A stretch of DNA of 64,000 nucleotides. It comes from Burkholderiales bacterium. Its GTDB lineage: Bacteria; Pseudomonadota; Gammaproteobacteria; Burkholderiales; SG8-41. The notes under the pieces are model-generated. The model did not search any database. It saw only the letters and a list, made by a program, of their open reading frames with translations, and had not been told where the DNA came from. Shown piece by piece: positions 1 to 7,360 of the stretch. The translations under genes and the position numbers were made by a program. Positions within the stretch are counted from its first letter, which is position 1, and each line of letters begins with the position of its first letter. The stretch is taken from assembly GCA_050250695.1 (NCBI GenBank), contig JBFWOE010000001.1, forward strand, positions 12,387 to 76,386, read 5' to 3'.

Positions 1-146
1 GACACGACGCGGGTGACGATGTCGGTGGCCCCGCCGGCCGAGAACGGAACAATTACGCGCACCGGTTTGGTGGGGAAATCCTGTGCTACGGCCGCCGTTG
101 AGGCGCACAATGCTGCTGCAAGCAAAATCCGTGTGGTCTGACGCAT
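1..146 (-). CDS. Bug-family (TctC-like) tripartite tricarboxylate transporter substrate-binding protein, N-terminal fragment running off the window edge
   Basis: Not in ORF track. My translation of the minus strand from ATG 146-144 gives MRQTTRILLAAALCASTAAVAQDFPTKPVRVIVPFSAGGATDIVTRVV. This is a signal peptide followed by the FPxKPVRxIVPFxAGGxxD opening typical of Bug/TctC proteins. GAGGAG RBS a few nt upstream. Confidence 0.7.
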   Translation of the reverse strand, partial: MRQTTRILLAAALCASTAAVAQDFPTKPVRVIVPFSAGGATDIVTRVV

Positions 147-229
147 GGTTTTCTCTCCTCTGTTTATTTCGGCATGCAATCGGGTGCCCGATTCACGATA
201 CCCCACGTGCCGGCACGCGGCAAGCAGGG

Positions 230-1621
230 CTACAGCCCCAGCGCATCCGCCGCCAGTTTCCGCAGTTCCCTGCTCATCCTGTCACGCACCGCCCGGTAAG
301 CGGGACGCTTCGCGACATTGACCAATTCGTAGGGATCCTTCTCCAGATCATACAACTCATCCAGTTCGCCGTTGCGCGCGCGGTTGACCCAGTGGATGTA
401 CTTGTAGCGGCCGGTACGCACCGCCTTGTAGGTCATGTTCACCAGCCAGGGATAGGCGTTTTCGGCCCAGTACTCCACGAACAGCGACTTGCGCCATCCG
501 GCATGTTTGCCTTTAAGCAACTGCAGCAGCGAACGGCCCTGGACATGCGCCCCCGGCCTGCCGCCGGCAAGTTCAATGAAGGTCGGTGCCAGATCCTGCA
601 GGATCACCAGATCTTTCAGGCGCGAGCCGGCTTTGACCAGTTTCGGATACCGAATGGTCAGCGGCGAGCGGATCCCCTCTTCGTACGCAAAACGCCGCTC
701 CGGCCCGATGCCGTGTTCGCCGAAAAAGTAACCGTTGTCACCGAGGAACAGGATCATCGTGTTGTCGAGTTCGCCGGTGTCTTCCAGTGCCTGCAGGATC
801 ATGCCGACGCCTTCATCCACCGCCGCCATCATCGCCGCGCGCAGGCGGATTTCCTCCTGCTTGCCGGAATGGATCGCGTCGTGCATCACCTTCGAGGCCG
901 GTGTCTTGCGCAGGGCGACGGCTTCGGCCCATGCCGGCTTGTGCTTGAGGAACTCGGCCGGCTTCTGCATGTTCGGTTTTTTCGGAAACACGCAGCCCTT
1001 GTACAGATTCTCGTGGCGTTTCGCCGGACGATAGCCGTCCATCTTGAACGAGCCGTCGGCGGCCTGCTCGGCATCCGGGTGCACGGCCTTGTGCGCAAAC
1101 CACAGTGACCAGGGGTTTTTGCTTTTTCTCCGCCCCTGCTTGCGTATCCAGTCCGTCGCCATCGTGTTCATGATGTCGGTGACATAACCCTTGTGCTGCA
1201 CGTATTTTCCGTTTTCGTTCAGCTTCGGATCGTAGAGGCTGCCGTGGCCGTCATAGGCCACCCAGAAATCGTACCCGGGACGCGGCTTGCCGTCGTTGCC
1301 CATGTGCCATTTGCCGATGTGCGCGGTTTCGTAGCCGAGCTTCTGCAGTTCAAGGTGGTAGTTCGGCAGGCGATGGCTCGCCAGATCGCGGGCCACGTTG
1401 TCGATGATGCCGTGGCGGCTGGCGTACTGGCCCGTCAATATTGAGGCGCGGTTGGGCGAGCAGATCGGCGTGGTGTGGAAGGCACGCTCGAACAGTACGC
1501 CTTCATGGGCAATACGGTCGATGTGCGGCGTCTTCATGTAGGGATGGCCCCCGGCGCCGAATTCGTCGTAGCGCAGGTCATCGACCAGGATCACCAGGAT
1601 GTTCGGCTTTTTCTTGATCAT
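230..1621 (-). CDS. Cys-type sulfatase (arylsulfatase / N-acetylglucosamine-6-sulfatase-like), no signal peptide
   Basis: 463-aa ORF. NILVILVDDLRYD is the metal-binding Asp pair. PICSPNRASILTGQYASRHG is the C-x-P-x-R formylglycine motif. GGAG RBS lies 6 nt before the ATG, which is only 19 nt after the upstream stop. Confidence 0.9.
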   Translation of the reverse strand: MIKKKPNILVILVDDLRYDEFGAGGHPYMKTPHIDRIAHEGVLFERAFHTTPICSPNRASILTGQYASRHGIIDNVARDLASHRLPNYHLELQKLGYETAHIGKWHMGNDGKPRPGYDFWVAYDGHGSLYDPKLNENGKYVQHKGYVTDIMNTMATDWIRKQGRRKSKNPWSLWFAHKAVHPDAEQAADGSFKMDGYRPAKRHENLYKGCVFPKKPNMQKPAEFLKHKPAWAEAVALRKTPASKVMHDAIHSGKQEEIRLRAAMMAAVDEGVGMILQALEDTGELDNTMILFLGDNGYFFGEHGIGPERRFAYEEGIRSPLTIRYPKLVKAGSRLKDLVILQDLAPTFIELAGGRPGAHVQGRSLLQLLKGKHAGWRKSLFVEYWAENAYPWLVNMTYKAVRTGRYKYIHWVNRARNGELDELYDLEKDPYELVNVAKRPAYRAVRDRMSRELRKLAADALGL

Positions 1622-1640
1622 GCTTTACTCCGCTACGCGT

Positions 1641-1988
1641 TCATGCCAGGTTGAGCAGGAATGCCAGCGCCGCGACCAGCGACACGCCGGCGGCAGTGGC
1701 AAGCAGGGATTTCTGCCACTCGCGCCATTCCAGGAATTCCAGGGCCAGCAGGCGCAGGCCACCGGCCATGTGCGCGGCGAGCAGCAGCACCAGCCCGGTT
1801 TCGGCCGCTTTCACCAGCGGCTGTTCGGTCCAGCGCAGGAAACCGTCGAGCGCCGCGGCGCCGTGCAGCGCCTGGCCCAGCGCCCAGAAGTGCAGCGGCA
1901 GGAACAGCGCCAGCAGCAGTCCTGAAAACCGGTGCACGAGGAACGCCCAGTACGCCGGATGATTGCGCGAGCGAAAATCGTTTTTCAC
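1641..1988 (-). CDS. Small 3-TM membrane anchor protein (FrdD/SdhD position) of a succinate dehydrogenase/fumarate reductase-like module
   Basis: 115 aa with three hydrophobic helices (FSGLLLALFLPLHFWALG, GLVLLLAAHMAGGLRLLAL, AAGVSLVAALAFLLNL). GTG start overlaps the upstream stop (GTGA). It is the last of the B-C-D series. Confidence 0.6.
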   Translation of the reverse strand: MKNDFRSRNHPAYWAFLVHRFSGLLLALFLPLHFWALGQALHGAAALDGFLRWTEQPLVKAAETGLVLLLAAHMAGGLRLLALEFLEWREWQKSLLATAAGVSLVAALAFLLNLA

Positions 1989-2335
1989 GCGCCGCCCCCG
2001 CTGAACACGCCGATCACCGCACGCATGCCGAAAACGGCGAGGCCGAGGCCGATCGCGCCGGCCAGCAGGTCGACGCCGCGTCCACGCGCATTCATCACTT
2101 CACCGATGATGGTACGCAGGCCGATCGGTGCGTGTATCGCCACCGCCAGCACGAACAGTGTGTAGAACGCGAACCAGCCGAAGTTGCCCTGTGTGCGGCC
2201 GAGGATCTCGGCGGCAGAAAGCCCGCTGCGCACCGCGTAGATCATCGTCACCAGGTGCACGGTCACGCACAGCGCCAGCACCATGGCGCTGATGCGCTGC
2301 GCCCCCCACAGCAATACTTCGGTGCGCCGGCTCAC
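1985..2335 (-). CDS. Small 3-TM membrane anchor protein (FrdC/SdhC position) of a succinate dehydrogenase/fumarate reductase-like module
   Basis: 116 aa with helices ISAMVLALCVTVHLVTMIYAV, FAFYTLFVLAVAIHAPIGLRTII and LLAGAIGLGLAVFGMRAVIGV. His residues in helices 1 and 2 are placed like heme-b ligands. GTG start. Confidence 0.6.
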   Translation of the reverse strand: MSRRTEVLLWGAQRISAMVLALCVTVHLVTMIYAVRSGLSAAEILGRTQGNFGWFAFYTLFVLAVAIHAPIGLRTIIGEVMNARGRGVDLLAGAIGLGLAVFGMRAVIGVFSGGGA

Positions 2336-2369
2336 AGAATGCCGCCCTTTACACAGATGATGAATAAGT

Positions 2370-2387
2370 ATATGTTTTTAAACATAT
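2370..2387. repeat. AT-only perfect inverted repeat ATATGTTT-TT-AAACATAT in the Fe-S / anchor intercistronic spacer
   Basis: Read directly: 8-bp arms and a 2-nt centre, embedded in a roughly 60-nt AT-rich stretch (2340-2400) within otherwise GC-rich DNA. Confidence 0.5.
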
Positions 2388-2388
2388 T

Positions 2389-3102
2389 TTATATTTCTCC
2401 GGACAACGTCGCCGCCAAAACCGCGCGCTTCAGCCCGGCGATGCCCGCAGTCGGCGACAGCCCTTTCGGGCAGCGTTCGGTGCAATTGAGATGGGTATGG
2501 CAGGCATGGCAGCCGGCATCGCCGGCCACTGCTGCCAGGCGCTCGACGCGCGCTGTATCACGCACATCGTTGACCAGAGTCCAGGCGCGGTTCAGCGCCG
2601 CGGGGCCAAGATAGTCCCTGTTCCAGGTCACGACATCACAGGCGCTGTAACACACGCCGCAGCCTATGCACTCGATGCCGGCCTCGATGCGCTTGCGCTC
2701 CTTCGATTCCGGCGAAACCTTCGCGAATTCATCCTTGCGCGTCTGCGTGCCGCTGAAGCGTCCGCGCGCTTTCGCCCATTTGTCGAAGAACTCGCGCATG
2801 TCGGTGACCAGGTCCTTGATCACCGGCAGGTTGCGCAACGGCGCGATCTCCACGCGGTTATCCTCGGCGACCTTGTCGACATGGGTGCGACAGGTCCAGC
2901 GCGAAACGCCGTTGACCGTCATCGCGCAGGATCCGCAGACGCCGACGCGGCAGGCGAAGCGGTAGGCGAGCGTCGGATCGCACTTGCGCTGGACGTAGGT
3001 CACCACGTCGAGCACGGTCTGGCTTTCCTGCCTTGGCACTTCGAAATCCTGGAAGCCACCCTCTTCGGTGCCGCGCCAGATCCTGACTTTCAGGTTTTCC
3101 AT
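2389..3102 (-). CDS. Succinate dehydrogenase/fumarate reductase iron-sulfur subunit homologue (SdhB/FrdB type)
   Basis: All three cluster motifs are present. CRVGVCGSCAMTVNGVSRWTC is the 2Fe-2S motif (C-x4-C-x2-C-x11-C). CIGCGVCYSAC is the 4Fe-4S motif. CHTHLNCTERCP is the 3Fe-4S motif (C-x5-C-x3-C-P). Start set at ATG 3102 (MENLKVRIWRG), which has an AGGAG RBS 7 nt upstream. The maximal ORF start is 3135. Confidence 0.85.
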   Translation of the reverse strand: MENLKVRIWRGTEEGGFQDFEVPRQESQTVLDVVTYVQRKCDPTLAYRFACRVGVCGSCAMTVNGVSRWTCRTHVDKVAEDNRVEIAPLRNLPVIKDLVTDMREFFDKWAKARGRFSGTQTRKDEFAKVSPESKERKRIEAGIECIGCGVCYSACDVVTWNRDYLGPAALNRAWTLVNDVRDTARVERLAAVAGDAGCHACHTHLNCTERCPKGLSPTAGIAGLKRAVLAATLSGEI

Positions 3103-3112
3103 CACCGGACTC

Positions 3113-4765
3113 CTAGTGGGCCGCGGCCGTCGCACCGGCCGTCACCGTCGGTGCCGCCAGGCGCTGGATCATCACGTTGACGCATGCAGCCTTGCCGCTG
3201 GCCAGCGCGCGCGCGAGCGCGGGTTTGAGCTCGGCTGCACGGGTCACCAGTTCACCATGTCCACCCAGCGCGGCAACAGCCAGATCATAACGCGTGCCCT
3301 CGCGCAGTTCGCAGCCATGTGCGCGGTCCTTGCCGTAAGTACGCAGCTGGATCTGGTGCTCGGCATTCCAGCAGGAATCGTTGCCGACGACCACGATCAT
3401 CGGCACACGGTCGCGAACCGCGGTGTCGAACTCCATCAGATGAAAACCGAAGGCGCCGTCGCCCATCACCGCCACCACCGGCGCCTGCGGTCGCGCCATG
3501 CGCGCGGCGAATGCAAACGGTACGCCGCTGCCGATCGAGCCGCCGGTGCCATTGATGATGCGCGCAGGCGCGGTGATGCAGGCCTGGGCCCACTGGCCGA
3601 CTTCGCCGCCGTCTGCGACAAACACCGCATCCGGGGAAGCATTGAGGACTTCCTGCACCGCGTGCCCAAGCTCGACCGGATGCACCGGACCTGCGCCGCT
3701 GTCGATGTCTTTCCAGTCCTGCGGACGGAAAGCCACCGCAGCCGCGACCTGTTTCGCCCATTCTGCCGCTGGATGACGACGCGCTGTGGCAGCCAGGGCC
3801 TGCACCGCGGCCGCGGTATCGGCCTGGGCCGAAAACGCCACGCGCGAAGCACCCAGGTTCTTAACCGAACGCTGCAGCACCTCGGCTTCGGGATCGACCA
3901 CCGCGAAACGGCAGTCCGCCGCCAGCGCCGGCGCCATGCCGAAACGCAGCGTGAAATCGGGTTGCTTGCCGATCAGTACCACCAGATCCGCCTGCGCCAG
4001 CACGCCGGCAAAAGCGCCGAGTGCCGGATCGTTGACGCCGCGCGGGCTCTCCATGCACAGCGCGGGCACGCCGCTCGCCTCGGCCAGCTGTTTCACCAGC
4101 GCCGCCAGCGGCGCCTGCGCCATCACGGGTCCAAGCAGGAACAGCGGCCGCGCCGCCTTCGCGGCGAGCGCCAGCAGGGTATCGGCCGTGCCCTGCGGCA
4201 ATGGGTTCGCCTGCGGCGCAAAATCAGATGCGGATGCCAGCCGTTGTTCGCCGTCGGCCACTTTCGCTTCCAGCACGTCGAAGGGCAGGCTCAGATGCAC
4301 CGGCCCGGGCCGGCCCGAACGCGCAACCCGGCAGGCCCTGGCAATATCGGCGCCCAGCGTTTCCGCGCTGGCCGCCGTCCAGGCCGCTTTCACCACCGGC
4401 GCGGCAAGGTCCGCCTGGCGCATTTCCTGGAAAGAGCCGCGCCCGAGTTCGCTGAGCGGCGCATGACCCGACAGCAGCACGATGGGGGATTCGGATGCCA
4501 GTGCGGTGTAGAGCGCACCGATGCCGTTGGCATGTCCAGGCCCGCCGGTGAGCATCGCAATGCCGGGTTCTCCGGTCAGCCGCGCCCAGGCATCGGCCAT
4601 GTGCACCGCGGCGCCTTCGTAGCGCACGTGGGTGATGGCAAGCTGCGCCTCGAGCGCCGCGTCGTAGACCGGCATGATGTGGTTGCCGGACAACGAAAAA
4701 ATCCGGTTCAGGCCGGCCCGCGCCAGAGAACGCGCGAGGATGTCGGCACCGCGGAGTTGGGTCAT
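3113..4765 (-). CDS. Thiamine-diphosphate-dependent enzyme of the POX/ALS/oxalyl-CoA decarboxylase superfamily, three-domain, substrate unknown
   Basis: 550 aa. The N-terminal Pyr domain contains GGPGHANGIGALYTALASESPIVLLSG. The central domain contains GVPALCMESPRGVNDP..ADLVVLIGKQPDF. The C-terminal ThDP motif is GDGAFGFHLMEFDTAVRDRVPMIVVVGNDSCWN. Confidence 0.85.
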   Translation of the reverse strand: MTQLRGADILARSLARAGLNRIFSLSGNHIMPVYDAALEAQLAITHVRYEGAAVHMADAWARLTGEPGIAMLTGGPGHANGIGALYTALASESPIVLLSGHAPLSELGRGSFQEMRQADLAAPVVKAAWTAASAETLGADIARACRVARSGRPGPVHLSLPFDVLEAKVADGEQRLASASDFAPQANPLPQGTADTLLALAAKAARPLFLLGPVMAQAPLAALVKQLAEASGVPALCMESPRGVNDPALGAFAGVLAQADLVVLIGKQPDFTLRFGMAPALAADCRFAVVDPEAEVLQRSVKNLGASRVAFSAQADTAAAVQALAATARRHPAAEWAKQVAAAVAFRPQDWKDIDSGAGPVHPVELGHAVQEVLNASPDAVFVADGGEVGQWAQACITAPARIINGTGGSIGSGVPFAFAARMARPQAPVVAVMGDGAFGFHLMEFDTAVRDRVPMIVVVGNDSCWNAEHQIQLRTYGKDRAHGCELREGTRYDLAVAALGGHGELVTRAAELKPALARALASGKAACVNVMIQRLAAPTVTAGATAAAH

Positions 4766-4811
4766 CGGTCGTTATGTATCCGCAACGATTGCAACATTAA
4801 AAACTACACGG

Positions 4812-4863
4812 ACTTAAAAGCAGAAAGCCGTGGGCGGCGCGTGATCCGTTGCGCCGTCCACGG
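4812..4863 (-). terminator. Candidate rho-independent terminator/attenuator after the UxaA-like large subunit
   Basis: On the minus strand, CCGTGGACGGCGC-loop-GCGCCGCCCACGG forms a 13-bp stem with one G-T mismatch. It is followed by CTTTCTGCTTTTAAG. It lies 17 nt after the stop at 4880. Confidence 0.5.
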
Positions 4864-4879
4864 CAGGCTGAATGCCGGA

Positions 4880-6049
4880 TTATGCGCTCTCGTAAAGACG
4901 GGTCAGCACAAACTCGCGATGGCCCAGCGCTTCAGCCGCAGTCAGGCGGCCGTTGCAGGTGCGCAGCATGATTTCGATCAGTTCGTCCCCGGTCTGATCA
5001 AGGTTTTTCTCGCGCTGCAGCAGTCCCGAGCAGTCGTAATCAACATGCTCGCTCATGGTGCGCACGGTGCGCGGATTGGCGGTGAGCTTGACCACCGGAA
5101 CTATCGGATTGCCGATGACATTGCCCTGCCCGGTCGGGAACAGGTGCACCACGTAACCGGACGCTGCGCACAGCGTGACCATTTCCGCCGCCGCCGATGA
5201 CGAGTCCATGAACCAGAGGCCGGGTTTGGTCGGCTCTTCGGCCTTGTCGAGCACGCCGATGACCTTGCACTTCTTGCCGATTTTCTGGATGTTGCCCAGC
5301 GCCTTTTCCTCGATCGTGGTCAGGCCCCCGGCAATGTTGCCCTTGGTGGGCTGGGATTCGGAGAGGTCGCTGGTCTTGTTTTTCTCGACGATGGCCTGGT
5401 AGCGATCAAACATTTTCATGAACTGTGCCCGGACTTCCGGGGTCGCGCAGCGGTCGGCAACGATGTTCTCGCCGCCGGTGATTTCGGTGGTTTCACCGAA
5501 ACACATGGTCACGCCCAGCGGTTCGAGTTTGTCGAAGGCGCTGCCGACGGTCGGATTGGAGCCGCAGCCGGATGTCGTATCGGACTCGCCACACTTGGTC
5601 GACACCCACAGGTCGCTGATCGGGCATTCCACGCGCTGCAGCTCGGAGGCCCACTGCACGTATTCCTTGGCCACTTTCGACGCGCGCATGATGGTGTCAT
5701 GGTCGCCGTGCAGTTCGATGCCGAAGCCGGTGACCGGCTTGCCGGTCTTGGCAATGCCGTCGACGACTTTCTTGGCCCAGCCTTCCTCGATGCAGATGAC
5801 GACGACGGCGGCAACGTTGGGGTTGGCACCGGCGCCGATGATGGTGCGGAAATGCAGGTCGAGGTCTGCACCGAACTGCAGCCGGCCGTAGGGATGCGGA
5901 ATCGCGATCGCGCCCTTGACGTTGTTGGCCACGGCTTCGGCCGCGGCGTTCGACAGGTCGTCCACCGGCAGGATGATGACGTGGTTGCGGACACCGACGC
6001 GGCCGTTCTCGCGGCGATAGCCCATGAATGTGGTTTTGCTGTTGACCAT
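4880..6049 (-). CDS. UxaA-family hydro-lyase large subunit (altronate/galactarate dehydratase C-terminal domain; SuyB-like)
   Basis: 389 aa. Sequence features include [38 protein letters not shown] and [20 protein letters not shown]. It is encoded separately from the SAF domain. Confidence 0.85.
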   Translation of the reverse strand: MVNSKTTFMGYRRENGRVGVRNHVIILPVDDLSNAAAEAVANNVKGAIAIPHPYGRLQFGADLDLHFRTIIGAGANPNVAAVVVICIEEGWAKKVVDGIAKTGKPVTGFGIELHGDHDTIMRASKVAKEYVQWASELQRVECPISDLWVSTKCGESDTTSGCGSNPTVGSAFDKLEPLGVTMCFGETTEITGGENIVADRCATPEVRAQFMKMFDRYQAIVEKNKTSDLSESQPTKGNIAGGLTTIEEKALGNIQKIGKKCKVIGVLDKAEEPTKPGLWFMDSSSAAAEMVTLCAASGYVVHLFPTGQGNVIGNPIVPVVKLTANPRTVRTMSEHVDYDCSGLLQREKNLDQTGDELIEIMLRTCNGRLTAAEALGHREFVLTRLYESA

Positions 6050-6081
6050 TTTGATCTCCGGAAATGTTCTGTTTGCGCAAC

Positions 6082-6138
6082 GCCGCTTGCCAGCCAGCCG
6101 CTATTTACCAGCCGCGGCTTGCCCGCCGCTTTTTACCA
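6082..6138. repeat. Imperfect tandem duplication (about 28-29 nt x2) spanning the stop codon of the SAF-subunit gene
   Basis: Unit A (6082-6110) is gccgcttgccagccagccgctatttacca. Unit B (6111-6138) is gccgcggcttgcccgccgctttttacca. Both end in the motif CCGCT(A/T)TTTACCA. Confidence 0.45.
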
Positions 6139-6414
6139 ACGCTTGGTCTTGATGTTGTGGACGTGTGCGTGTTCGCCGACCTTGATGTCAGCCACGGCCT
6201 TGCCGATGTCGAAACCGTACTTGATGATGGTGTCGCCCTTCTTGATTTCGCGCAGCGCCGCCTTGTGGCCGATCGGGATGTCGTTGATCGCCTTGACCTT
6301 GATCGTCGAGTCGTCTTCCATGACCCAGCCGATCATTTCCTGACCGGCCTTGATGCCTTCGATGACGGCCACGCCGACCGTGTCCTTCTTGTCATGAACC
6401 AACAGGTGAATCAT
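6133..6414 (-). CDS. UxaA-family small subunit (SAF domain; SuyA-like)
   Basis: 93 aa: DTVGVAVIEGIKAGQEM..IPIGHKAALREIKKGDTIIKYGFDIGKAVADIKVGEHAHVHNIKT, a typical UxaA N-terminal SAF fold. Strong AAGGAGG RBS. Confidence 0.8.
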   Translation of the reverse strand: MIHLLVHDKKDTVGVAVIEGIKAGQEMIGWVMEDDSTIKVKAINDIPIGHKAALREIKKGDTIIKYGFDIGKAVADIKVGEHAHVHNIKTKRW

Positions 6415-6487
6415 GGAGCCTCCTTGGTGTAAGCCGGAAAAACCGGGCGCGAACGCGGCCGGAACAATGCGGATTGCAGAGCCCGTG

Positions 6488-6526
6488 ATGCTACGCGGCC
6501 GCTCGACGCCAAGTCAACTAGATGAC
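6488..6526. promoter_or_regulatory. Divergent control region with a putative sigma70 promoter for the UxaA-like operon overlapped by a HutC/GntR-type palindromic operator
   Basis: Minus strand reads TTGACT (6517-6512), 18-nt spacer, TAGCAT (6493-6488). The palindrome GTCAaCTAGaTGAC at 6513-6526 (12/14 symmetric, CTAG core) resembles HutC-subfamily operators. A second CTAGA core lies about 30 nt further on. Confidence 0.4.
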
Positions 6527-6588
6527 CTATATGAATTGCCGGCGGGCGTGCTAGACTGCCGCGCTCCGCATAGATCCTGCCGGATTCC

Positions 6589-7344
6589 ATGGTCGAACAA
6601 CCCTCAGCGGGCACCGTCACCGCCGTTCCGCTCTATCGCGAAGTGCACTGGCGCATCACGCGCGCACTCGCCGAAGGACAATGGAAACCGGGCGAAGCCA
6701 TACCCAGCGAGTCACGGCTGGCGGCCGAGTTCAAGGTTTCCATCGGCACGATACGACGCGCCATCGATGAACTGGTCGCCGGCCGCATCCTGGTACGCCA
6801 GCAGGGCCGTGGCACCTTTGTGGCCACCCACACCGAAGACCGCACCCTGTTTTATTTCTTCCATGTCGTCGGCAAGGACGGGCGGCGGGAATTTCCGGTC
6901 TCCGAACTGCTGTCATTCCGCCGCGAGCGCGCCGACGCCAACGATGAAATCCAGCTGGGTGCGGCCCGCGGTTCGCGCGTTGCGCGCGTGCGCAACCTGC
7001 TCAAACTCGCCGACAAGCCGGTGGTGCTGGACGACATCACGGTTTCCACCGAGCGCTTCAAGCGCATAGACGAAGAAACATTCCGCAGCCGTGAAGGCAC
7101 GATCTACGGCCTGTACCAGGCGCGCTACGGGGTCAACGTGGTGCGCATCAACGAACGCCTGTCGGCGGCACATCCCCCCCCGGAAATCGCGGCAATCCTC
7201 GGCATGCGCGCCAGCCAGCCGGCGCTGCACATCCGCCGCATCGCCTACACCTACAACGACTCGCCGGTGGAATACCGCCTGAGCTGGATCAACACCGCGG
7301 AACACGAATATCTCAGCGACCTGTGGAAAACCGCGGCACGCTGA
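6589..7344 (+). CDS. GntR-family transcriptional regulator, HutC subfamily (wHTH + UTRA effector domain)
   Basis: 251 aa. LPSESRLAAEFKVSIGTIRRAIDELVAGRILVRQQGRGTFV is the GntR HTH. The C-terminal roughly 150 aa look UTRA-like. It is divergent from the catabolic genes. Confidence 0.9.
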   Translation: MVEQPSAGTVTAVPLYREVHWRITRALAEGQWKPGEAIPSESRLAAEFKVSIGTIRRAIDELVAGRILVRQQGRGTFVATHTEDRTLFYFFHVVGKDGRREFPVSELLSFRRERADANDEIQLGAARGSRVARVRNLLKLADKPVVLDDITVSTERFKRIDEETFRSREGTIYGLYQARYGVNVVRINERLSAAHPPPEIAAILGMRASQPALHIRRIAYTYNDSPVEYRLSWINTAEHEYLSDLWKTAAR

Positions 7345-7360
7345 GTGCCCTCATTGCAGA

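Noticed and set aside
3068-5200. 710-aa plus-strand ORF spanning the ThDP-enzyme and UxaA-like genes
   Set aside because: It is antisense to two ORFs with clear family motifs. Its translation is Arg/Ala/Gly/His-rich low-complexity sequence typical of off-frame reading of GC-rich DNA. I recognise no motif.
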